Assembly (NCBI GenBank): GCA_003971905.1
Contig: RSEE01000015.1
Location: 434,001-498,000 of the forward strand
DNA from: Moniliella sp. 'wahieum'
Taxonomy: Eukaryota
Reading direction: 5' to 3'
Length of the DNA: 64,000 nt
Position 1 is the first letter of the stretch. Each line of letters starts with the position of its first letter. Position numbers and translations under genes: made by a program. Positions 1 through 13,338 of this stretch are shown piece by piece. The notes under the pieces were generated by a model. It was not told where the DNA came from, searched no databases, and worked only from the letters and a program-made list of their open reading frames with translations.

Positions 1-25
1 TACTGACCTTGTTTTGCGCCTGCAG

Positions 26-329
26 TGCTCCCAAGAAGTCGGCGATCCTGGCTTCGGCCACCAAGAGCGCCAAGAAAAAGAAGTGGAGCAAGGGCAAGGT
101 GAAGGACAAGGCCCAGAACAATGTCGTGCTGGACAAGGCAACGTACGACCGCATCATCAAGGAGGTGCCAACCTTCAAGTTCATTTCGCAGTCGACGCTG
201 ATTGACCGGTTGAAGATCAATGGTTCCCTCGCCCGCCGTGCCATCAAGCACCTGGAGCAGGAGGGCCAGATCAAGCGTGTGGTTCACCATCACGCTCAGT
301 TGGTCTACACGCGCGCCACGTCGGACTAA
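26..329 (+). CDS. RPS25: 40S ribosomal protein S25 (last exon; first exon lies upstream of the window)
   Basis: KKKKWSKGKVKDKAQN...YDRIIKEVPTFKFISQSTLIDRLKINGSLARRAI...VYTRA is the eS25 family pattern. Preceded by branch site CTGAC (3-7) and acceptor CAG (23-25). Confidence 0.96.
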
Positions 330-826
330 GCGCCTTGCTGGGGCGACTGCACTTGCCGCACATTTGCGCTTTGTTTTCCTCCCCAAACGCATGCTGTCTT
401 ACCTGGCATCCAGCTTGTTACATTCGCTTGAGACTGGGGTGTATCGTAGTCTAGCTCCAGCCATTTTCTACTCGCCTATTTGCGTCGTGGTGTCGTTCGT
501 CAGAGCATAACGTGATGCGCGACCATCTATGTGTCCGTTGTCAGACTGATGGCGAGGCCGGGTACAGTTTGGCCACGGAGCCTGTTATATTCCCGAGTCT
601 TCTATACACATAAAATTTGCATTTGGGACGAAACTGGTGGCCAAGTCGCTATGAAGTTTGAAGGGCGGAGCAACTGTTGATACTTAGAATGCGATTGAGA
701 AGAGTGAGTGGACACCAGGTCCATATGATAAGAGGGGTATGCGAAGGCCTCTGCAGTTACCAGTTAGAGCCGCATGACGCATGAAGCATACAGCGGTTGC
801 AATGGCACGACCAAAGTGTGTACTCT

Positions 827-2165
827 TTAGTCATACTCTTCATCGTCTTCATTCGACCCGAATCACTGCGAGAGTTCTTCTGGCGCTCATATTCCTCCAC
901 GAAGGACGGGGCCAAGTCGCGTGCTCGTTGAAAGAGGTGGTCGACGGGCACGGGAGCATGAGGGTCGCCCCATGCCCCGGAAACACGCACGAGAGCAAAG
1001 GAGATGAAGAGTTCCTTCAACAAACTGAAGCTGAACTGATCCGTTTCCTTGGCCAACTGCCGAGCCACGGCCGAAATCGAATCATACTCCCCCCCGAGCA
1101 CAAGAGAATTGGCATACTTGTCTTGCAGCCAACGGAGGACGTAGGTGTAGCGCAACTCTTCATCTGGGAGGCCAAATTCGTACTTGGTGTCGAAACGCGA
1201 AGGGCGCGAGAGCAAAGCAGGATCCAACCGGGCTGGATGGTTGGTCGATGCAATAATTAGAAGGCCATGATTGGGGTGATTCCATCCAGCTCGTTAAGCA
1301 GGACCGAGAGACGGGTGTGTTTGACCAGCGAATCCAGGTCCTCCATCACCAACACGCAGGGGGCCACTTTGCGTGCTTGGGCAAAAATCTGCGGCAAGTC
1401 ACAAGAACTGTCCGCCCCCTTTACCACCAAAACCTGTTGCGTCCTTTTCAGGTTGCGAAGCACCGAGCGGATCGCAGTCGTCTTCCCGTTCCCGGAGGGC
1501 CGCAGAGAAGAAGACCGCGTCGCCAGGGTGCGTCAAGCGTCTTGTACATCTCTTCACTTTGGAAAAACGTCTGTGTGTCCGTTCGAGCCAAAGGCGCACA
1601 TTCCTTGAGCACCAAGGGATCCTGGGGCGAATGATGAAGTTTCTCATACATACTCCAGGATTTGCGCCACCTGCCGTTGTCAAACACCCACACAAGGGGC
1701 CGGGGCATTTCCGGGGGTTGGCGTCAAGCAATTGGAGCGGGACCGCACGTTGCCCGAATCGAGGTCGACGATGGCCTCCATGACGTAGCCATGAATCCCC
1801 AGTCTTGGATTACCAGCATAGTGAGTGGTACACGAGCAGCTTGGTCTCGGAAAAGGTAAAGCTAAGTGTACCCGTGCGGAAGGATCGAGCTGCGGAAGAG
1901 GTACACCTATCCGTCCTTTCTCATCTTCTTGTGTTTGCGCGAGGTTCCAGGCGTCACCATACGGAATGACCGCCCCTTCCGACTCCTTGACAAGTCCCGA
2001 AGACACAAGGAACGGCACCACACTATTGTCCAGCATGGTGACCACCTCGGCCCCAGGGTGGGCGGCTTGCACCTGACGAAACAGGCGGTAGTACATATCG
2101 TCGGTTTGGGCCTTGTTCAGGATGTCATCCATGGAGGCGAGGAGGTCGAACGAGGCCGGTTGCAT
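827..2165 (-). CDS. AAA+ ATPase, single-domain type, stitched across frameshifts
   Basis: RRGLLLCGPPG(N)GKTT Walker A, CVLVMEDLDSL Walker B, LLNELDG, STNHP, and LDPALLSRPSRFDTKYEF second region of homology. Acidic tail ending NEDDEEYD-TAA. No introns seen. Confidence 0.88.
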
Positions 2166-3338
2166 GGTCAAGGAGAGATGACACTACTGGGGGAGATATA
2201 GTAATGGCGAGGGGAGAGAGATAGGTGGGTTAGAGTATGAGGAAGAGGGAGGAAAAAAGTGGGTTATTTATCGTCATAGGCCGATGCGCCCGGTAACGAT
2301 CGGCAGCTGGATGAGAGATGAGCGCGACGAGCTTGATGCCCCGTGTCGGATGTAGGTGGCGTGGGCGAATGTATGCGTGACCCACACCACCACCACGCCT
2401 GCGAGTCATCCGAGTCAGGACAACCAACTCGCATCGCAGGATTATTGCGGTTGCCGTCGCTGCCGTCCATCACACCGTCTTTGCGAGTCATTCGAGCATC
2501 CGAGTCAGACACCAGCTCATTGCGGGATTATTTTGGTGCTGTCGCTGCCACTTCTATCACATGGCGCTTGGCTTCAACCAGCGTCCCTTGAACGTGGTGG
2601 GGGTCTACTTTCAGTGGGCGCTGAGCCTCAGCCATGTCGAATTGTGATTCATGCCATCCGCAGGGACCATCGCTTGGCTTTGTTATTACGTTAAACCAGG
2701 CCACCTTCTCACGCTCTTCCCACCCGCCCGAGGTGACCGGTCGGTCACCTGACCTCCCCAAAGAAGGGGCCATCAGGACGTGTACCTGTACTCAGTACTG
2801 ACTCAGTCCCAGAGACCCCCTGTTTCCATCGGGCGAGAAGGTAATTTACCTCCCCTCGATCGTTCAAGGCAGTACGCCCTGGCCACCTACCCAATTGGGG
2901 GCAAACCGAGGCAGTGGCCACGAGCCTGTCGGAATAGTGCGTTCCAAAGCATAATCGATCGTGGTCGAGATGTAAACCCGGCCTAGCCAACGGGCGCTCA
3001 GCGTCAACTTCGACCCAAGCCCATCTGCCCCGCACAAATGCTAGGTTCTCCGATGCGGATGCGCTGGACACGGAACCGGGGTTACCAAGTACGTCGTACG
3101 GGCGGGCCCGCAGGCAGGAGGTGCTTACCACCTTACCAGCGCCTAAGACATTAGGCCCTAGGCTCACTGCCATTGTTACGGTGCCCACTTACCGAGGCCA
3201 AGGACAGTACCAATCCCTTCCCCTAATGCATAGAAGGCCTAGGTGCCCGTACCACTCCAGTGCCGGCCTTCGGTCCAGGAGGCCCGACGGTCGCAGCGTC
3301 GGGAGGAAGGGGGTACCCGGGTACGGATGGTGAACCAG

Positions 3339-4290
3339 TCATCGCTTGAACGTTTGGCGCAACCGCGTCCACTCGTCTTGGGCTGCACGACGGAGCAGCG
3401 GAGCAACTTGGTCCAGTTCGCTTGCGGCCTTGGCGCCAAATTCTTTGCGGTCCAGGTACTCCGGTGCGACAGAGAGGTACGCTTGCCACTCGTCCACCCA
3501 CACTGTGGTTGCGTACCCGCGCAACCGAAAGTCCGTCACGATCATCTTGGTTACTTGGGGGGAATGTTGAGGGCCGCGGGGCCAGGAGGCAGGCCAAGAG
3601 GTAGCAGAAGGGGAGGCCGAGGGCAGCGAGAGGTAACGGGGAACCATTCCCCACAGGCCGCCGCATAGACAGGGCTGAAGAAGAAGAGCGCATGTTGGCG
3701 TTCGTGGGCCAAAACAGAGGCTTGGCCCTCGGTGGTGGACAGGGTACTGACCACATACGCAGGCGGATGCGCAGGGGCGTCGGCGCTACACCGATTGGGG
3801 TCTGAGGGGAGAGGAACCGCGGGCTGATCCCAGGAAGACACGCGCCCTGCCGGACCAACGCAGCCAGGAATGCGTTCTCCCAGTCGTTGCAGGCAGGTTG
3901 CCACCAGCTGTCGATTGTGGGCTCCAATTGCTCGGCAAGGGCAAGGGACGAGAGCCAGCCACGGACAGCGTCGAGGGGGAAGTTGAAGCCTTGGTAGTTG
4001 GCGCACAGCCGCGTGGCTGCAGCGAGGGGGACGTAGCGCTGCACCGAGGGTGCGCAGCGGTCGGATGTGGTGGCAATGGGCGGCGCAGGGAGCCTCGTAC
4101 CACGCCTCGATGCGCGCCAGCGCGGCGCTCTGGGCGGCGGCGGAGGCGAAGCGGCAGATGAGCAGCGGAGGCAGGTCGGGGTCGGGGAGGACGCTCCACG
4201 CGGCGGTGGCGGGTCGGCGGCGGCGGGAGGCGTGGTATGGGCGGGCGCCTTCTTGAGGCCGGGCTTGGGCCCGCGTGCTTTGCGGGGCAT
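3339..4290 (-). CDS. Uncharacterised protein with HExxH motif (putative zincin-like fold)
   Basis: Stitched frames read MPRKARGPK...YQGFNFP...VLAHERQHALFFFSPVY...LRGYATTVWVDEWQAYL...RQTFKR*. Confidence 0.55.
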
Positions 4291-4429
4291 CGGGCGCAGG
4301 GAGCGGCGGGTCGCTCGGCGTGGGTTCAGGGGTGCTGGTTTAACCCATCCTCCAATCGACACGGCCGCAAAATCAAAATGCGATGCAGGCGCAACCCGAA
4401 GAAAAAAACAGCGGGTGTGAACGTTTCAG

Positions 4430-4461
4430 ACGCGTCGGCGCGTCGCGGCGCCATCACGCGT
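4430..4461. promoter_or_regulatory. Paired MCB (MluI cell-cycle box) elements in a divergent promoter
   Basis: ACGCGT at 4430-4435 and 4456-4461, plus GCGCGT at 4438-4443, about 100 bp upstream of a DNA polymerase delta subunit gene. Confidence 0.6.
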
Positions 4462-4561
4462 CACGCATCGCAGCGTGGCATGCCCTCGACCATCGCTCGA
4501 TGGCGTCGCTTGCCGTGTTCGTGTCTGCGGGCCGCACTCGCCCGCTCCCTCCACCCCACCC

Positions 4562-5606
4562 ATGTGCACCACCGACGCTGTCATCAGCAGCTGGCTCCTG
4601 GACGATGCGCGGCCACTGACCGTGCGTCTGCTGAGCCGCATCGCCGACATCGACCTCCTCACCGCACGCGCCGCGCTCGCCGCCTTCTTCCAGGCGCACC
4701 AGCACGAGCTCCATGCCACCTACCTTCTCAAGGGCTTGCTCCGGCCCCCGCCCCACCCCACCCGCACCCCTCACTCCGCCTTCCAAACGGCCTCGCGACG
4801 ACGACACCGACCCAGCACAAGCACCGCCCTCTGACGCCATGGACCTCGACCCCCCCGCCCCTCGAGAGACGATGCTCCTGTGCTCGTCTCCGAGGCCAAA
4901 CGACAAGGTACGTGCACCGCACCCCGCAGCGGATCTGAGCTGACCCACTCCACTTTTCAGACGCTCAAAAGCGGTTCCTTCGCCTGACCACCAACGAACT
5001 TTACAGTCTCCATCCGGGCCCCCACGCTTCGGCTCAGGGGATAGCGCGCAGGTGATCCAAGCTGGCCAAGAGGGGTCGCAAGGCCAAGCGCTGGCCAATT
5101 GGGAAAACGCCGATCGTGGTGCTGCATGGGGCGTAATCACCAATCCCGAGATTACCGACCGCCTCTCTGCCAGCGAGAAGAAAAAGTGGATGCACAAGGC
5201 TGAACCCACACCTCCCACGAGCCATCCCCTGCACCCAAAACCTTCCAGCACATCTTCCGAGGCGGGGGGGACGCGGCTGTTCAGCCTGGAACGGGGGGGC
5301 GGGGGAAACGCAAGGTCATCCAACGTCGCAAGACCAAGAACGCAAAAGGGTACACAGTGGTACAGGATGTTGAGGTGTGGGAATCGTGCAGCGAACCCGA
5401 GGCGGAGATGAACCAAGGCCCAGGCCAAGGGAGACCTCAGCGCTCGCCCGGAGCGTACTTCGGCCGCGCCAGGTCCCTCGGATGGCTCCGCCGCGTCCAA
5501 GGTGCCGCCACCCAAACCTGCCCCCAAGCCTGCCGCCAAAAAGTACTCTGGCCCACCCAAAAAGGCGCAGCAGAGCCTATCCAGTTTCTTTGGCAAGAAG
5601 GCCTGA
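4562..5606 (+). CDS. POL32: DNA polymerase delta subunit 3 (Pol32/Cdc27/POLD3)
   Basis: N-terminus LTVRLLSR...LHATYLLKG resembles the Cdc27 winged-helix region. C-terminal PCNA-binding PIP box QQSLSSFFGKKA*. Intron 4908-4960 (GTACGT...CTGAC...CAG). Confidence 0.85.
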
Positions 5607-6117
5607 ACGGGTGGAGCGTGGCCAACTCTCCCGGATGCTATGTCCTGTTTTTTTCTTGAGTGATGTTCGTGCGGCGTTCGTCGGTACCCATCTATCTCAT
5701 GTCCATAGGTTCCCCTCTCACTTCGGATGGCGAACACGGAGCAGTCAGCATACTGTTGCCACGTCACCCACCGGTGCCTTGCCTGATTCGTAGATGTGAA
5801 AGCTAGACCCTAGAGTTGCCACGCGCAGGCCAGCAGGCCACGTGTACATTCCTGTCCCACTGCTTGCTCTGTCCTCTTCGCCACCACCTCTTCCCCCTTC
5901 CCCTTCTTCTCGCTCACCTCGTTACTTGATTACTACTCGCTGATCGTCTGTGGTTTAGAGACTAGGTGTCTCCAGGTCAGAGCCTTCACGCGTCGCTACA
6001 ATACCGAATAAACTTACTGGGAGTCATTCTCACCGAGCCAAGTCCCTAGAAAAAGATCTTCGTCTCCTTTACTAGTACTTGTTTCCCATGCACCCCATCC
6101 CTTTCCATCTCCCTCTA

Positions 6118-6825
6118 CTACTCCCCCTGCATGTTCGCACTCTTCATCGCACTTGACAGGATCCGGAGGGCAGGGGAGGATTGGAAATAGGAAAGTGTCC
6201 TAAGTAAATTGTACGCAACGTCCAGTCCGTTCGTCCAGGCCAGCGCGCTGAAGTTCTGAAGTGCGTTCGTAGAGGCGAATAGGCTAGTAGTCACTTCAAT
6301 ATCTCTATCTGGATCCACCGGCCCCACTGTACTTTTTTTGTAAGCAATGGCCGCGCAGCACGTCCTGCGTACATCCAAAACAGTTGCTTGGCCCACATGT
6401 GCATCCTAAGGGCGCCAGGCGCGGCAGTGAAGCCAGCGGAGGGGTGATGCCGTTTGGATCTGCGTTCTGCAATCTGAGATCTGCGATCTGACCAAAGAGC
6501 CGTATCTCTCTATCTGCCTATCAGGAACCATACGCACGGACAGATCCTGGATCGTATATCATGACGATCGATAGTTGTGGGTTGCGCCTCGCAGCTCCGA
6601 CCACAGTGCACAACCCCGCCCCGCACGGACAAGAGGCACGGGGGCAGTGTGCCAACCGCTCCCGCTCGCTCGCAGCAGTTCGCAGCACGCCGCAGTTTGG
6701 TGCAGGGTCCACGCGAGGGCTCCTCCACGCACTCTTCCCCCGCCGCCGCTCCTTCGTCGGATCCGTCGGACGGCCTGATTGTCGTTTTGGCCCGGAGCAG
6801 GAGGCGCTAAGCCACCTCCACCATG
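6118..6825 (-). CDS. Hypothetical spliced gene with Cys-rich N-terminal segment (boundaries uncertain)
   Basis: ORF fragments 6510-6728 and 6118-6396 separated by a GTGCGT...CAG intron-like stretch at about 6481-6537. Confidence 0.25.
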
Positions 6826-7065
6826 CGTGGTGCTGTCCAAGTCACAGCCATCGTCAGCGGCCAGGAACTAGTAACACCGATGACATGTGCACAACACGTG
6901 CCTGCCGTCTGTTTTGGATATGTAATGGCTGCGCTAGTAATATGCTAGTAGCGCTCGCACCTCCCTTCCATCTCAGATCTCACCCACTCTCCGCCCCATA
7001 AATAGTCCGTCAACCCAGAGACCCTCTCTTCTCCTGTCGCCACCCCGCCCTCCCAGTTGGCCTCC

Positions 7066-10000
7066 ATGGACACTGGCCTTCCCATCTCGCCTATCGAGGC
7101 GCGATGGCTCCTCCGCCCCTTCTCCCTCGCCTTCGCCACCCCGCTGGCGGGGCTTCCCCGGAACCAGTCCGATAGCCTTTTGCCGTGTCAGTGGGCTGGG
7201 ACCCAGCCGCGCCTGCGCACCAAGTGGCCTCGCTTCACGCCTCCTCGTCCCCCGTCTTGTCCCACGCAACCGAGCGCACGCTCCTCGCGTTTGTGTCCGC
7301 CGTGCTTCCCACATGCCTCGTTCTCCTCTACGTCCTCTGGTCCTTCCCCTGCATCCAGCACTGTGTCTTGCACTTGCCGGGAATTGCCTTTCTCCACCGC
7401 TCCATGCAACCGTTTGTGTCGCTTGAAGATATTCTCACTTCCCTCCAAGCCGAGCGCCGCACACAGGCCCGCACTGACACGAACGAGGACGGTAAGGACG
7501 TGGTAGGTTCCGACGCCAACGAAAATACACCCCTTCTTGCTACTACCCCGTCCGCCCCCGGCCCTCGCTGGCCCGCACCTAAGGTGACGCTTGGGCTCAG
7601 CATCGTTGGAGGGTGCATCTGGCCGTATTGGTGGCGCGTTTTTGCTATGCGATCGCCGGGTCCAGGGGGAAGCAAACAACGTGTCCTTCTGTGACGCACT
7701 CACTGTTCTCTCTCGATTCGGCCGGGTGGGTGTACATGGTAGTGCGTACACTGGGCTGGCCACAGCCTACCCCGCCGTACGACACGCTCACGATGCTCCT
7801 GGTCCTGCTTGCTGGATCGGTGGTGCGGTTGCACCTCCTCTGGGTTTCGTGGTACGATGGGTCAGGGTTGTATGATGGGGAATGGGGGACAGGAGGCTAC
7901 GCAACGGCCGCGACAGCCAGTGTCGTACTCTGTCTCTATGCCCTGTTTCTGGTCTTTTCGCTCCCGCTCGCTGTGCTCACACCGGACTTGCAAGCGGTGT
8001 TGGGATGCAGCAGCCCCGAGGTTGCCCTGACGGCGCCGGCCACCCGGCGAAAGACGCTTCGCAGATCACATCGCCCGAAGCGTTTTGTACCCTGTGGCAG
8101 TGGTGCACGTTCCGCTGGATCGACTCGCTTCTTCAGTCCTCCAAGAAGGGCAAGATTGCGGAGGAGGATGTGTGGCAGCTGGGGCGGACCTCAAGGCGCG
8201 CGTGTTGGATTGGCGGTGGAGCCAGCTGCAAGGCATGGGCTTGATCAAACGAATTTGGGTGATGAACTCACGCGATCTGCTGCTGGACTTCTTTTTGACG
8301 GTACGTTTGCCTTCCTTTCCTGCTCAGAGTATATAAAGGCACCACAGAGGAGAGAATGAGGGTTGGATGGGGACTGACACTCATCTGTATAGGTAGCGAG
8401 CACGGTCATTTCGTATTCCAAGCCCCTCGTTCTCAAGCGCGTCCTCGAAGGCATCGAGTCGGGCAAGCGCAACTCGGACACGGACCTGGGCGTACACGAG
8501 GTGTGGATGGCACTTGTCAAAGGTGGCTCCTACACCAGTCATGAGACGGCCTATGCGATTGCGCTGCTGGGCCTGGTCCTCATTGCATTTGGTTCCGAGG
8601 CGGATTTGCTCCACCTATATGCCGGTCGGCGCTGTGCGGTGCGCACGCGTGGCGAGCTAATCAGTGCCATCTTCGCCAAGGGCATGCGGTGCAAAGACAT
8701 TTCCGGTGCGGTGACGGAGGAAAAGAAGACTGCCTCCGCAGAGACGGGGGAGGCGTCCGACACAGACTCCACCAAAAAGGCCCTCTCGTCAGATGGCAAT
8801 GGTACGGGTGCAGAGGCAGATGCCAAGGCGGCGGACACCAAGGCATCAAAGGAGGAGGAGGAGCGGAAGAAAGCTGAGGCCACCCAGAATGGTCAAGGGG
8901 TCGGTCGAACGGTGAGCCTCATGTCGGTGGACGCGAACGCAATGGGGATGCTTATACCCATGCTCTGGAACCTGTACAAGGCCCCCCTCGATTTGCTCCT
9001 CTGTCTCGTCTTGCTGTACAGCCAACTGGGCTGGTCGGCCTTTGTAGGCTTTGCCGTGGTGCCCCTCGTACTTCCGATCCAATCGCTCGTGATGAGGGAA
9101 GCGCTCAAGCTGAACAAACGGATGAGCAACGTGCGTGACTCGCGCATGTCGGCCCTGTCCGAAATGATCAACAACTTGCGCTTGATCAAACTGATCAACT
9201 GGCAAGGCCGGTTTACGGAGCGAGTGACCAAGCTACGAAACCAGGAACTTCATTTGCTTTTGGTGCGCTTCCTCTTGGGTTCCGCCACAGCCCTTATCTG
9301 GGCCCTGGCCCTTCCACCATCTCGGTCGTTGGCTTTGCCTCCTACACACTCTTGTTCAAGCACACCCTCACCGTCCCCGTGGCCTTCACCGCGCTCCTGT
9401 ACCAGCAGATCGACAAACCGTTGGGCATGTTGCCCATGATGATCAACTTGTCGCTCAACACGTACGTTTCGGCTCAACGCATTCAACGCTTTCTCGATTA
9501 CCCCGAGGTACCTGAAGGCGTCACTACGCTTCACTGCCCGTCAGCTCAGCGTGTTGCCGTTGCGCGACAATGTCGTGGCATCAAACGCTACCTTTCGCTG
9601 GCACCAGATCCCATCCTTGGCAGATCCTGACACGCCAGACAAGTCGGCCAAGCCAGCGTCGCGCTTTGCTTCGGTCCGCAAGGCCGTTTCCAACGTTGTC
9701 GGCTTTGGGCGCAAGTCCCCTCCTACTCCCGAAACGGTCAGGTGCGATACGACGAGCGGGTCGGGCTCGGTCGCCAGCGCTTCAAGCTCTTCTTCTCCTT
9801 CTCCTCTTCTCCGTCCGCAGCTGGGCAATTTACCTTGCACAACATCACGCTTGCTGTCGATGAAGGCATGACCTTGGTGTGTGGTCCAACGGGCGCGGGC
9901 AAGAGCAGTTTGCTAGCCGGTCTGTTGGGGGAGATGGACGTAAGCTGGCACGTTGGTGTTGGACAAGCAGCCTGGCATGGTCGATCCGGCCACCGGTCTT

Positions 10001-12895
10001 CACGGTGGCATCTCCTTTGTGCGCAACAGCCGTGGCTGCAAAAAAAGCGTCCGGGACAATATTCTGTTCGGGCAAAAGATGGACATGGAACGGTACAAGG
10101 CCGTGTGTGGAGGCGTGTGCGCTCATGCCCGACATTGAACTGTTTGACGATGGAGACCTCCAAGAGATTGGCGAGGGTGGCATTTCCCTTTCGGGTGGAC
10201 AAAAGGCTCGGGTGGCTTTGGCACGCGCTGTCTACTCCAAAGCACGCACCGTCTTGCTGGACGATGTCTTGTCGGCGGTCGATACCCACACGGCCCAAAA
10301 GTTGGTGGACGAGTGCCTGACTGGCCCCTTGATGCAGGGACGCAGCATCTTGCTCGTCACCCACCATATTCCGCTTGTTTTGCCTCATGTTAAGCGGGTG
10401 ATCAAGTTGGAGCGCGGCACGGTGGTCGCCATGGGTGCTCCTGCCGACTTGGTTGCATCCGGTGCCATCGAATGTCCGCAAGCCTGAGCAGTAAGGGAAA
10501 GAGCAAGTCGCCCGAACCGTCGTCCATCGATCTTATCGACCGTGGAAGAGACGAAAGGAAAGGTAGATGTGGCGGTAGACAAGGGATCCTCTCTTCCCGC
10601 ATCGGGCAGCCAAAAGCCAGGCAAGATTGGCCCGTTGGATGGAAGCAAGGCGTCGCACAAGATTGTCGAGAAGGAGGAGGTGCGGGTGGGACGGGTAAAA
10701 TCTCATGTGTATAGCGTCTACTTACACGCACTGGCTGGTGGATGGTCGCTATGGTCATGCTGGCGTTGGTACTGAACAATGCGACCAGCTTGTTGTCCTC
10801 AGTGTGGCTATCTTACTGGGCGTCCGGGGCAGCGACTGCGGTCAGACATGCGGTCAGGCAACTGATGCCGTCGTTCCCTCACAACCTCGGGGATGGTGTA
10901 TCATTCGCGCTGGACTCCCTACCTCGTTAAGCTGTGTTGCGATTCCACCTTCACGTACGCGCCATGACATTCAGCGTGGCCGAGAAGTGGTGCTGGTTGC
11001 CCCGGCGAGAATGCACCGGGTCCCTACATGCTCATCTTTGCCTTGATTGAGTTTTCTTCCTGTATCTCGGCCCTGGTCAACATCCTGCTGTGCATTACCT
11101 CCCTCCGTGGGTCCCGAACGCTGTTTGCACGGATGCTGGATTCGGTCAGTCACTCCACAACCAGATGGCTGGACAAGACACCTTCCGGCCAGATCCTCAA
11201 CCGGTTCGGCAAGGACATTGAGTCGCTCGACTGGGGCGTTCTCCAAGGTGCCTCCACTGTCCTCATCCAACTCTTCTCCCTGTCACGGCCTTTATCACCT
11301 TGGCCTTCCTCGTACCGGCTTTTATGGTCCCAGCGCTGGGAGTCATGGCTGTACTACTCACGTGCGTACATCCTTTCCCTTCCTTCTCCCGTTCCTTTCC
11401 CCGTTGAACTAGGTTTCTCTCTCCTACCTTCCATGACCCCCCCCCCCGCCTCTCCTAGTTGACCTATACCCGAGACTCGATACTAACCCTCCGGCTCCGT
11501 TCTGTGTCTCCCATAATAGTGACCAAGGTGTACATTGTTTGTTCGCGCGACCTGCGCCGTCTCGAGTCGGTTCACCGTTCGCCCATCTTTAGTGGCTATT
11601 CCGAAGCGCTCAAGGGCATCACCACCATCCGTGCCTTTCGGCCGAGACGCGGTTGCTGCACGAAGTGTACCACAACGTCGACGCCTTTTCGTCGGCACAT
11701 TACTTTTGGTGGATGGCCAACCGGTGGCTGATGCTCCGCGTCGACTTGGTAGGAGGGTTGTGTGTGTTTGGAACGCAGCTCCTCGCTCTTTCCGGTACCA
11801 TGTCAGCCGGCTTGGCTGCGATTGCCATCACGCAAGCGGCCAACTTCACCTTATCATGCTACTGGCTTTCACGCGGCTGGGCCACCGTAGAACAGGAACT
11901 CACGTCCATCGAACGGGTGGTAGATTACTTGCCGCCCAAGTTACCGCAAGAACCTGCGCAGGTGATTGAAGGCCCCCTGCGCCTGCCGCTTGGCCCAGCC
12001 GCAGGCAACGATCAAGTTTGACAATGTGTGGTTGCGGTACGACAAGTCGTTTGATCCGGTTCTCAAGGGCGTCTCGTTTGAGGTTCGGCCGGGGGAGAAG
12101 GTGGGCATTGTAGGGCGCACAGGCAGTGGCAAGTCAACGCGCAAGCAGCTTGTTGCGCTTTGTCGATCCGGACGAGGGAAGCATCTCCATTGAAGGAATC
12201 GATATAAGATCGTTGGGCCTGCACGACCTTCGGTCGCGCATCTCGTTCATCCCTCAAGATCCCGTCTTGTTCCAAGGTACCGTCCGCGACAACCTCGATC
12301 CATTTGAAGAACATACCGATCTGGATTGTCGAACCGTCCTCGCCCAGGTCGGACTCGGTCGCAGCCCCAGTCGCAGCCCCCCACCACCAGGCCGGATCGC
12401 GTACCCCGAGCCGACCCGCCTCCCCGTCCGCTCCCCAAAACGCTCCGCACAATAAGGACCCCGACGAGACAGCACCCCACCTCACCCACAGGAACTCACC
12501 GAGCTCACTCTCGACTCGCCCGTGGCCGATTCGGGGGCAACCTATCGCATGGCCAACGACAGTTGCTCGCCATGGCACGTGCGCTGCTCTCACAACCACA
12601 TTGTGATTGCCGATGAGGCCACGGCGAGCGTCGACTTTACTTCGGACGTGCGATTCAGCAGGTGATCCGTGACCGGTTCCAGCACAACATTTTGCTCGTC
12701 ATTGCGCATCGGCTCACTACGATTGCCCAGTTCTCGCGCGTGCTCGTGCTGGATGCAGGGAAGGTGGTTGAATTTGATACGCCGCACGGTTGCTGGCTAA
12801 GAAGGATGGCTACTTTTATCGCATGGCCCAGCACTCGGGTGTGTTCGACACGTTTCCAGATGGCCGAGGCGAGTGCCAGTCAGAGCTCAGGTTGA
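7066..12895 (+). CDS. Full-length ABCC (MRP/Ybt1/Bpt1-like) ABC transporter
   Basis: TM segments; NBD1 [39 protein letters not shown]2 [14 protein letters not shown] and [19 protein letters not shown]2 [40 protein letters not shown]. Introns near 8301-8391 and 11362-11520. Confidence 0.93.
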
Positions 12896-13338
12896 GCGCC
12901 CCCGAGGATTCGGTGAAGCCGCTGACGGTTGAAGATCAGACCTAGGCTTGCTACATTGAGCAACAAACACCTCATTCTTGCACCTTTTTCCTCTTCCCTT
13001 TTCCTTTTTCCTTGCTTTTCTTTCCCCCTCTCCTCCTCCGATTCCCGTTCTGCTGAGCGTCGACGGTGTGTTTCGTCGGCGTTTGGATCTGCTTTCTATT
13101 ACTATAGTTGGTCAACAACGAAAGGGTAACAATTATGGTGCTGTGGCCCGCGGGATGTGAGAGATGGGAGATAGGAGATGGGAGATGGGATGGGTCCACC
13201 ATGTGGAGAGGCCGTGGTGCGAGTGCGAGCGGATCGGAAGCCCCGTTTCGCGTTCGGCGAGGTGTGTGACTGAGGCGTCTGAGCGGCGCTCTGGCAGGAT
13301 TGGCACAGTAGCAGTAAGGTTGCCACCCCAATTAAGCC
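12801..13338 (+). repeat. Copy A of a ~540 bp inverted duplication (ABC last codons plus downstream DNA)
   Basis: Aligns by eye to the reverse complement of 29186-29718, e.g. TATCGCATGGCCCAGCACTCGGG and GCGAGCGGATCGGAAGCCCCGTT are shared. Confidence 0.92.

Noticed and set aside
2528..3230. Minus-strand ORF fragments with intron-like signals
   Set aside because: Could not be assembled into a supportable gene model or family.
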